This document shows positions 49,966-59,773 of a stretch of DNA of 59,773 nucleotides, piece by piece (position 1 is the stretch's first letter; each line of letters opens with the position of its first letter). The stretch covers positions 73,927,828 to 73,987,600 of the forward strand of contig NC_057718.1 in NCBI RefSeq assembly GCF_004010195.1, written 5' to 3'. A program made the translations under genes and the position numbers. Source of the stretch: Chiloscyllium plagiosum. Taxonomy: Eukaryota. The notes beneath the pieces are model-generated. The model saw only the letters and a program-made list of their open reading frames with translations. It was not told the DNA's origin and searched no databases.

Positions 49966-50499
49966 AAAAGTGCACCTGTTAAAGCCATAGTGCCTTCACA
50001 GCAGAAGGAGGAACAAGGTTCTGAGGGAATATGCGCAACCACGGGCTAAATTAAAAAGCAGAACCAAAAAGGCGATTCTTTCCAGTTTACCACCTGAGGC
50101 ATGAACTCATTGGCACAGGGTCAACTGCATTCAAGAGGTAAATACATGCCTCAAAGATTGGTATGGGAGAATTGGTTCGAATTCATGGGACATTAGCACC
50201 AATACCTAGGAAGGAGGGAGCTCTTCCAATGGTACGCGCTCCACTTGAATCATGCTGGGACCAGAGCCTTAGCAAAGTGCACAAGTAGGGCTATAGATAG
50301 GACTTCAAGCTAAAATAGTGGAGGGAGGGTGTTTTCAATCGCATGGAAAATTAGAAAATTAAAGGTAAAAGAGAAGATAGGATTGCAGATTAACTATAGA
50401 GTTGATTAATACCATAAAATAACAGGTAGACACGGACTGTACGAATATCACATCACACCCAGGAGTCATAAAAGTGTTGAGAAATTTGAAAATAGAACA

Positions 50500-50795
50500 A
50501 ATCATGGAATCCCCTACAATGTGGAAACCGACACTCCAAAGAGTATCCCACCCAGACCTCTTCCCCTATCCTACTACTCTACATTTCTCCTGACTAATGC
50601 ACCTAACCTACACATTTCTAAATATAATGGGAAATTTAGCATGGCCAATTTACCTAACCTGCACATCTTTGGACTGTGGGAGGAAACTGGAGCATCCGCA
50701 GACATGAGATTGTGCAGACTCCATGCAGTCACCTGATGCTGGAATTGAACCCAGGTCCCTGGCGCTGTGAGGCAACAGTGCTAACCACTGAACAC
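50500..50795 (-). mobile_element. HE1-type SINE nested in a CR1
   Basis: CAGTGGTTAGCACTGTTGCCTCACAGCGCCAGGGACCTGGGTTCAATTCC head on minus strand. Confidence 0.82.
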
Positions 50796-51034
50796 CTATA
50801 AAGGCTTTGTATTTTAATGCATGAAGCATCAGGATAAAGTAGATGAGCTGATGGCGCAAACCAAGGTAGTGGTTAACAGATTTTTGGAATTAACAGAAAC
50901 AGGGTTAAACAGAGATCAAATCTGGTAACTTAACATTTTGGGATATTTGACTTTTCAGAGAGACAGAAGGGAAGGAAGTGGTGCGTTAGCACTGGTAATA
51001 AAAGGTGAAATGGGAGCTGAGAGATCATCTCGTC

Positions 51035-51902
51035 TTAGACGGTCCTCACCTTCCACCCCACTAACCTCTGGATACATCACATTATCCTCGGTCATTTCCA
51101 CTACCAACAATCAGACCCCACCACCAAAGATAAATTTCCCTCCCCACCTATCTGCAGAGACCATTCCCTCCATGACTCCCTTATTAATTCCATGCCCCCT
51201 ACCAATTCCACAATGGCACCTCCCCTTGCCACCACAAGAGGTGTAAAACACATGCTCACTATACCTCTGTCCAAGGACACAAAGGATCTTTTCACATCCA
51301 GCAGGAATTTTCCTGCACATCCATCCACCTCATCTACTGTGTCCGTTGCTCTCGATGTGGTGGTCTCTATATTGGGGGACCGGCTGCCAACTTGTGGAAC
51401 GTTTCAGGGAACATCTCTGGGACACACGCACCAAACAATCCCACCGCCCTGTGGTCGACCACATCAATTCCCCCTCCCTCTCCACCAAGGACATGCAAGT
51501 CCTGGGCCTTCTCCACCATTCCACCACCAAATCTCCCCTGTTCCCCACCTTATCTCAGTTCCAAGCCTCCAACTAGGCACTGCCCTCTTGATCTGTCCCA
51601 CCTATCCAGCATTTTTCCCACCTATCCTCTCCACCCTTCCCCACTGACCTATCATAATTACTCCCACCTGCTTTCACCTGTCGCCTTCCCAGCTACCTTA
51701 TCTCCCAGCCTCATCTCCCACCCCTTATTTATCTTCCCTCCTAATTATCTCTCAGCCTCCTTCTTCCAATCCACATTCCTGATGAAGGGCTTATGCCCGA
51801 AACTTAACTCTCCTGCTCCTCGGATGTTGGGTGACTTTTACTTTTCTAGCACTACACTTTTCGACTCTGACTCTCCAGCATCTGCAGTCCTCACTTTCTC
51901 TT
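51035..51902 (+). mobile_element. Penelope-like element 3' fragment (GIY-YIG endonuclease remnant plus pLTR)
   Basis: LIYCVRCSRCGGLYIG...VERFREHL...PVVDHINSP; CTGATGA-A-GGGC-TTAT-GCCC-GAAAC at 51779-51803. Confidence 0.85.
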
Positions 51903-54109
51903 CATGTAAAGTCCATTTGGGTGGAAGTAAATAATAGCAAGGGAAAGAAGACATCGGCGGGAGTAGAGTACTGACTCCCAAATAGTGGCTACATTGACAA
52001 CAAATAATTAGAGTATGTAAAAATAATGAGCACTAATTTTGGGTAATGTTCATTTTCGTGTAGATTGGATTAATCAAATTGGAAAGGATAGCTACAGCAA
52101 CAATTTATAGAGTACATTATGGATTGTTTTCTAGAGCAATATGTCATGGAGCCAACTGGGCACCAGGCTATCCTGGATCTGATAGTAGCTAATGAGGCAG
52201 GTTTAATAAATGACCTTCAAACAAAATCCCCTAGGAAGCAGTGATCATGACATGATTGAATTTAATATTCAGTTTGCGAGTGAGAAACTTAGGTTGGAAG
52301 CTATCATGTTTAATTTAAATAAGCCTGTACTGTGTTGTACTGTTCTGTTCTGTGTTCTATAAACCAACCATGGTTAACCATGCACAAGTCAGTGATAGCT
52401 CTAAAGACTGGGATAAATTCACAATCCAAAGAAGGCCTAAAAAAATTAATGAAGAGAGAATAAACTACGAGAACAAACCAGTAAGGAATATGAAAACTGA
52501 CAAGGAGAGTTTCTTTAAAGAAATAAAAAGAGAGAAGTCAAAGTGAACATAGGCCCCTTAGAAAATAAATGTGAGGAGGTAGTTATGGGGAACAAAGAAA
52601 TAACAGAGGGGTCTCTACAGTAAAATATGCTATGAAAATCCCATTATTCCTAATGAATGTGAGGAGAGAATTGAGTACCATCACTGTCTCTAAAGAAGTA
52701 ATGTTTTAAAAAATTGTGCGAAAGGCAGATAAATACCCTGACTCCTAGGATCCAAAAACAGATAGTGGATGCTTTGTTTATTATTTTCCAAAAATCCTTG
52801 GATTCTGGAAAAGTACAAGAACTTTCTATGTGACACCCGTATTTAAAAATGAGGGATGCAAGAAAACGAGTAACTATAGGCAGATTAGCCGAACATCTAT
52901 TGGAAAAATATTAGAATCGATTCTTAAGGAAGTAATTTCACATTTGGAAAAGTAGAGTCAGCGTGGTTTCATGAAAGGGAGTTTGTGTCTTAACTTACTA
53001 AAGCTTTTTGAGTAAGTCTCCGCTAGAATGGATAGAGGGGATCTAATACAATGGTTGTATTTTGACTTCCAAAAGGCTTTAGCTAATGTATCACAAAATC
53101 TTATTGCACAAGTGTTTGTGAAGTTGGTGGTAACATATATTAGTATGGGTTGAGAATTGGCTAACTAACAGAAAATAGTCAGAGTGGATTAATCACCACC
53201 TAAAGTTGGTGCATTAATGCACAATTGTGGTCTTACATTTTTGGAATCTATTTTAGTGACTTGAGTTGAGGAGGACCCCATCTGCAAAGGAATATAAATA
53301 GATAAACTGAGTGTGCAAAAAAAAAATCAGCAGATGGAATATATTGTAGATAAGTGTGAGGTTATCAACCATTGATAGGAAAAATGATAAAGCATAATAT
53401 GAAATAAGAGACCACAGAATTCTGCAGAGTTCTGGGTTTCTCATACATGAATTGTAAAATGTAACTGTGCGTGTACAGCAAGTAATTAAGAGGACAAATG
53501 GATGGTTGGCCTTTATTGCAAAAATGGAGAAGTATTACCACAGTTACACAGGGTGTTGGTGTGGCAAAAGTTAGAACAATGTGTGTCATTCAGATTTCTT
53601 ACTAAAGTCAGCCTAAACATCCATTGGTAGTAGTTCAAAGAAGGTGCGCTGGATGGTTTTCTGGGCTGAAGGCATTGTCTTACGAGGAAAGAGTTGAAAA
53701 GTAGCAATGTACTTGTCAAACATCATAACTCTTTTTCCCTACCTTTTGCCTTTGCTTTTCTGGAGGTTCGCAATCAATGCAAACAACACACTGGTTGAAG
53801 ATTCTTTTCTAATGCTCCATCTCTCAACGCATGTTATCCAGTCCTCAGCACTTGAAATTGACGTTTTTGGCTACATTTACTATTTCCACCTTAACTGGAA
53901 TCAGTTTCTGTGAGATCCTTCTTGCCACTGTCTCGAGACTAAAGGTTTATTGTGCTGCGTTTTTTAATATTTTTCAAAGATGATAACTATGTGACATTGA
54001 GTGTTAAATTTAAAGTTTTGGAAGTCTATTCTCTGGTTAAGTTTATTCCAACAAAGTAATCTGCCAACTATCTTGTTATTGATGTTCAAATGCTTTTCTC
54101 TTTTGTTAG

Positions 54110-54154
54110 GACACGGTGAACCATTTGTTGCTGATTTTCATAGACGATAGCCCG
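54110..54154 (+). CDS. SNX14: SNX14 coding exon G (end of PXA domain)
   Basis: ttttgttag|GAC...CCG|gtgagt; DTVNHLLLIFIDDSP; 45 nt. Confidence 0.95.
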
Positions 54155-55228
54155 GTGAGTATTATAGACCTTTGCACTTATTTCACAAGGAAAGCCTGAC
54201 TTGAAATTAAGTAGGAGTTGACATTCTAGCTACTTTCATCCAGTCTTAACCTAACTGCCAGTATAAGCAGCTGATCCTACTATTAGGGCACCTGCTGAAG
54301 TACCTAATAAAAGGGGAACAGCTACTATGTTGTTATACTCAGGAAGTTGAATGTTTCTGTCAAGCTGAGTGCAAGTTATGGTGTGTTTTGGATTGGCAAT
54401 TGGACTTTTCCTAGACATGTCTAGAGCAAATGCTGGCACGGCTATATTGCCTTAATGATGAGGATGAATTAAATAATTAACCTTCATTCCATACTCTAGT
54501 TCATAAGATTCCCTTAGGAAATTCAGAATGAACTTCTTTCCTGAGGCAAGAGTGAGAATGTGGGCTGCCATCTTCTCGGCCCCTGACTGACGGGCCATGA
54601 CAGGGAAATTGAGAAAGTAGGTGAAATGTCCATTTTAACATTGAGAGCAAAAGGTCAATTTTGAGAACATTGAGAGCATTGGATGACAGCATAAGATTAT
54701 TGCTATGACAGGCTGGCAGCCTATTTGCAATTATTACAATGCATTAACACCCTAATTTTACATCATCTCACTCTATTGATATGTCGATTCCTATGCTGTC
54801 ACCCGCTGTATAGAAACTAGACGGCAACAATTCCTGAGATTAAAGTCAGAATTGATACCTGATGACATCAGCTTGTTGTTTGCTCCTCCAAATGTCCATT
54901 GGTTACCAATATCTTGGAGCATGTTTCATGGGCAGCACAACTCTTAGTCCAGCCTGATGCAGTTGGCAAAGCTAACTTGTTACCACAGGAGTGGTTGAAG
55001 GAAATCATATGGATGAGGTTAAAGTGAGGTTAAGAATGTATGAAATGATGAAAAATAGTTGCTCATACTAACCAAATTAGATCAGGAAAGACAGGTGAAG
55101 CCTTAAGTTCTGCAGTGAGTGACCTGTTTCTGTTCTGCATATTCTTTTTAATCCATGTACAGTATGTTGAAGGTAAAAATTAAATATACTTGGTTATTCT
55201 GATTAAATATTTGTGCTTCTGTTATTAG

Positions 55229-55309
55229 CCAGAACCAGCAACAGAGCCTCCCTCGCCTTTTGTTCCATTTCTTCAGAGATATGCTGATGCAAGAAATAAA
55301 GCCCAATCG
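55229..55309 (+). CDS. SNX14: SNX14 coding exon H (PXA-RGS linker)
   Basis: ttattag|CCA...TCG|gtggga; PEPATEPPSPFVPFLQRYADARNKAQS; 81 nt; donor is weak but keeps frame with the next exon. Confidence 0.88.
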
Positions 55310-56049
55310 GTGGGAAAGTAACTTTTTTCCTTTGTTTTGTCTACTACATATTCCAAATGCAGTGTGTCTTATTCGTTTTTGCAGCTGTCACTTGAAAAGA
55401 TTAAATCCAACTAGCATTTTAAATGAAGTTTTTGTATTAATCAGAAGAATCTTCAAAGAACTTTACTGGCTACATCCCATCTCATCCCTCTCATCTGAGA
55501 GTAGTGATTCAGCATTTTCATCTTAGTCCATCAATGTTTATAAGCTTGTTAACCATACAAGGCTTAATTCTCCTCTCAATTGGATCCTGTCTGTCAAGAA
55601 TCATTAACAATTGGATGAAAGAATACAGACTGATATTCTTTCCACACTTTGTAGAGATTAGTTCATGCAGAGATCATACATTTCAGATCAAACTGGATAA
55701 TGATCTTGGGATTATCTGTTTTAGGGAGATGGGTTCGGATTAGGAGTAGGCCATTTAGGCCTTTATAACTGCTTCCCCATTTGATAAACTGATGGCTGAT
55801 GTGGCTTTTCTTGTCTGTACCATGACACTGGTCAAGCAGTAGTCGAACTGAGTCTTGAATTGATTCAAATATCCAGCATCCACTACCTTCCAGGAAAGAG
55901 ATTTCGGCACTCTTTAAAGAGTCTCAAAGTAAAATGTCCTCCATTTGTCTAAAAAGGGAAATGTATGAATTTTTGTATTATAGTCTACACCACAGAAAAA
56001 AGAATATCTAGGTATCCACCACATCCAGTCACATTCAGATATTATGTTT

Positions 56050-57655
56050 CTAGTCCTAGAGTCATAGAACTGTCACAAAGTGTGGAGTTGGAAAAGTACA
56101 GCCAGTCAGGCAGCATCTGAGGAGCAGGAGACTCAAAACGTTCTCTCTGTTCTTCAGATGCTGCCTGACTGGCTGTGCTTTTCTACCACCACACATTCTG
56201 AATCTGATCTCTAGCATCTGCAGTCTTCACTTCCTCCATAGAACTGTACAGCATGGAAACAGACCCTTTGATCCAATTTGTCCATGCTGACCATATATTC
56301 TAAATCATCCTAGAGCCATTTGCCAGCATTTGTCCCCTATCTCTCTAAATCCTTCCTATTCATATACCTAGCCAGATACCTTTTAAATTTTGAAATTGTC
56401 CCAGCCTCTACCACTTCCTCTGGTAGCTCATTCCATATACACACCACTCTGCATAAAAACGTTGTTCTTTAGCTCCCTTTTAAATCTTTCCCCCCTCACC
56501 TTCAACCTATGTTTTCTAGTTTTGGACCACCTTACCCTGGGATAAGACCTTTGTTAATTCACTCTATCTAGTCCTCTCATGATTTTGCAAACCTCTATAA
56601 AGTCACCCCTCAGCCTTTGACACTCCAAGGAAAAAGCCCCAGCCTATTCAGCCTCTCCCTATAGCTCAAATCCTCTAACCCTGACATCATCCATGTAAAT
56701 CTTTTCTGAATCCTTTCAAGTTTCACAATATCCTTCCTATAGCAGGTAGTCCAGAATTGAATGCAGTATTCCAAAAGTGGTCCTAACCAATGTCGTACAA
56801 CCGCAATATGACCTCTCAACTCCTATACTGTATCCACTGACCAATTAAAGCAAGCATATCAAATGCCTTCTTCACTACTCTGTCCACCTGCAACTCAACT
56901 TCCAAGGAACAATGAACCTGCACTCCAAGGTCTGTTTGTTCAGCAGCACTCCCCAGGACCTTACCATTTAGTCCTGTCCTGATTTGCCTTTCCAAAACGC
57001 AACACCTCATACTTAGCTAAATTAAACTTTAACTCCCACTCCTTGGCCTACTGGCCCATATGATAAAGGTTGTGTTGTGCTGTATGGTAATCTTCTTGGC
57101 TGTCCATTATACCTCCAATTTTGGTGTCATCTGCAAACATACTAATCATACCTCCTATGTTCATATCCAAATTATTTATATAAATGATGAAAAGTAGTGG
57201 ACCCAGCACTGATCCTTATGGCACACCACTGGTCACAGACCTTCAGTCTCAAAACCATCCCTCCACCACCACTACCACCCTCTGTCTTCTACCTTTGAGC
57301 CAGTTCTGTATCCAAATGGCTAATTCACTTTGTATTCCATGTGATCTAGCTTTGCTGACCAGTCTACCATGTGGAATCTTGTTGAATGCCTTACTGAAGT
57401 CCCTAAAGATCATGTCCACTGCGCTGCCCTCATCAGTCCTCTTTGTTACTTCTTCAAAAAATTCAGTTAAGTTAGTGAGAACAATTCCCCATGCAAAAAG
57501 CCATGTTGACTGCCTCAAATTAGTCGTTGCCTTTCCAAATACATATAAATCCTGTCCCTCTTAATCCCCTCCAACAATGTACCCATCATGGATCTCAGGC
57601 TCACCAGTCTGTAGTTTCCCTAGCTTTTCTTTATCATCTTTCTTAAATAGTGGTA
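56050..57655 (-). mobile_element. CR1 LINE ORF2 RT region to 3' tail
   Basis: LTNLTEFFEEVTK, DFSKAFNKIPHGRL, LEYCIQFW, LERIQKRF. Confidence 0.92.
56074..56236. mobile_element. Short palindromic Penelope pLTR-derived insertion in a CR1 tail
   Basis: Inverted arms CAGCCAGTCAGGCAGCATCTGA / TCAGATGCTGCCTGACTGGCTG; 11-bp TSD CATAGAACTGT (56063-56073, 56237-56247). Confidence 0.8.
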
Positions 57656-58493
57656 TCATGTTTCTATCTGACATGCATGTTGAAATTTTAAGGTACGCAA
57701 TGATTGATTTATGCCCATATATCAAATTTTATACTGTTTCAGACCCGGTTTGTTCTCACCTGAATAACAATGGAATTGCTATCATCTGCTCTGAAGCTGA
57801 GCCAAACACATTAGAAATGTTCTCTCAGCAAGTGCATGCATAGTAACAGCAAATGTTATTCTCCAAAGCTGTGGATAGTGTTTCTTGTGAAAAGGCAGAA
57901 TCAGTGATATTTGAATGCGGTATATGGTTTCATATATTGCATTATAAATAGAATGAAAAATTTGATGATACTGATGTTTCTTGACAGAAGATGGCAAATT
58001 ATGCCATACTGAAGTGACAAAGGAGTAATTTCTGATGGGAATTTTGAGTAGCCAGAGTTGATCAGAACAGTAGCACAAAAAAAGTTAAAAATTATAATTG
58101 AAGATTATTAGAACACCGTATTCGGCTTTGGAACAAATTATATAAATTGCTTGAGGTTGATAGCTTATATATTCACATCTGTTTATGTATATTTATGTAT
58201 AATTTGTCATAGAAATTGGTATTCCTGCTGAAGGGCTTATGCCCAAAATGTTGATTCCCTTGCTCGTCGGATGCTGCCTGACCTGACGTGCTTTTCCAGC
58301 ACCACTTTCTCTACTGTATATTATATTTATTTAATTAATCTGAGGATTAAACTTTTGCTGTGATAATTTTAAATACTTTCTTTTAAAGACAATATGTTGA
58401 ACAAGGCTATTATTAACTTCTGTTTAAATGCTTTGTAACGCTGATGGGCAATACACTGAGCACTTGCTTTTTTAATCTAACTGATCAATCTAG

Positions 58494-58608
58494 GCCCTAA
58501 AACTTGAGTTAAAGGAGATAAGAGAGCAACAGGATCTACTCTTCTGGTTCATGAACTTTCTGAAGCAAGAGGGTGCCGTGCATGTGCTGCAATTCTGTTT
58601 CACTGTAG
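58494..58608 (+). CDS. SNX14: SNX14 coding exon I (start of RGS domain)
   Basis: tctag|GCC...GTAG|gtaagg; [38 protein letters not shown]; 115 nt. Confidence 0.95.
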
Positions 58609-59111
58609 GTAAGGAACAAGCATTTGAGAAAGATTTATGCCATGTAACTATCTTTAATAGTCTAAGACTTATGTTGGTTGTACTCATCTGTATACTCACT
58701 CCGGTGTGCATTCTGGATCCTGTTGCCCCACCATTACAAACAGTTTGAATGTCAGTAGGGCTTTATTCATTGTAATTATTTTAACTTTTATTTTAACTAA
58801 TGATGCACCACAGATCAACATGCAGTGATGGTTGAATCTACTTCTTTGCTGATTTTATACATCTAATCTGTTTAATAGACGAGTAATAGAATTCCATTTT
58901 AAATTTAAATGCTTGTGTTGTATTCATCTTTAATACCTACAAAAGAATAAATCTGTTTTTGTGAAGAAGTCCACAATGTCATTATTTTTGTATTTAAGTA
59001 ATGACGAGGAGCAAAACAGGGTGGTGTGGTAACAATTTGAATTGTTTAAAATATTTAATTATGTTGTGGAAATATTTTGACTAACTGACATAAGTGTAGT
59101 GTAATATTCAA

Positions 59112-59773
59112 AGTTTGGGTGAAGATTTGTAGCTCGGGTGCTCGTTGTTGTGGTTCTATTCGCCGAGCTGGAAATCTTTTTTGCAGACGTTTCGTCCCCT
59201 GTCTAGGTGACATCCTCAGTGCTTGGGAGCCTCCTGTGAAGCGCTTCTGTTGTGAATATCCACAACATCCATGAACATCAACTAGCCATGAAATGCCACG
59301 ACCAGCTATCCTTAGTAGCCCCACACACAGACGACAAGCAACATGAATTCGACTGGGACAACACTACCATTATAGGGCAAGCCAAACAAAGAACAGCCAG
59401 GGAATTCCTAGAAGCATGGCACTCATCCACAAACTCCATCAACAAACACATCGACCTGGACCCAATATACCGGCCACTACAGCGGACAACTGAAACTGAC
59501 AACCGGAAGCGGCAGGGACAGGCCACTATAAATGCCGGAGGAAACACCACAGAAGCGCTTCACACTTTGTACACCTACGGGCGAGAGATGCTAAGACAAG
59601 CCAGGAAATGGGAATCCTGCGCTAACCGCCTCAGCGCCACATACGAACAACTCCGGTTCCTGCATGAATGCCGAAAGAATCGAATCCTTCCACCATGTGT
59701 CAGATACAGACCGCCAGTCAACAATCCACAAGCCAGAGACACAGCCAGACAGAACGGATTCAGGATGATCCAG
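59112..59773 (+). mobile_element. Penelope-like element 5' end (inverted pLTR, endonuclease C-terminus, ORF N-terminus), runs off window
   Basis: ~59112-59250 inverted pLTR of the same family as 25040-25160; 59250-59563 HEFDWDNTTIIGQAKQRTAREFLEAWHS; 59566-end open frame LYTYGREMLRQARKWES...LRFLHECRKNRILPPC. Confidence 0.85.
59183..59222 (-). ncRNA. Minimal hammerhead ribozyme motif in Penelope pLTR
   Basis: Minus strand GCA-CTGAGGA-T-GTCACCT-AGAC-AGGGGAC-GAAAC-GTC-TGC: both conserved core boxes, stem II, palindromic ACGT stem III, GUC cleavage triplet, 3-bp stem I. Confidence 0.75.

Larger units (their letters stand above)
50000..53700 (+). mobile_element. Long decayed CR1 (ORF1 esterase-like C-terminus and ORF2) with nested SINE and Penelope
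   Basis: RRELF..ALHLNHAGT ORF1-like remnant ~50210-50270; KALYFNA APE start ~50800; ILDLIVAN, SDHDMIEF, NYRQIS, YFDFQKA remnants. Confidence 0.75.

Overview
Eukaryotic genomic DNA, almost certainly from a cartilaginous fish (shark; inferred from HE1-type SINEs and abundant CR1 LINEs). The window lies inside the SNX14 (sorting nexin 14) gene on the + strand: nine internal coding exons (PXA domain into RGS domain) splice in phase with GT-AG boundaries. The ORF track misses them or captures them only in part. The introns are almost entirely retroelements. (1) A young near-full-length class I endogenous retrovirus on the minus strand (12994-20853; 4-bp TSD, tRNA-Pro PBS, gag-TAG-pro-pol-env), HERV-I/HERV-IP-like, whose integrase core is replaced by a pro-RT piece from a sibling strain and whose 3' LTR lost its promoter. 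(2) A decayed full-length Gmr1-type gypsy LTR retrotransposon with integrase upstream of RT (30852-38455). (3) A ~1.9-kb fold-back built from Gmr1-like LTR/RT pieces. (4) Several Penelope-like elements with minimal hammerhead ribozyme motifs, one carrying 14 perfect 25-bp repeats next to the RT active-site codons. (5) Many CR1 fragments and HE1 SINEs, often nested. Family assignments come from motifs I recognise, not from database searches; boundaries of old repeats are approximate.
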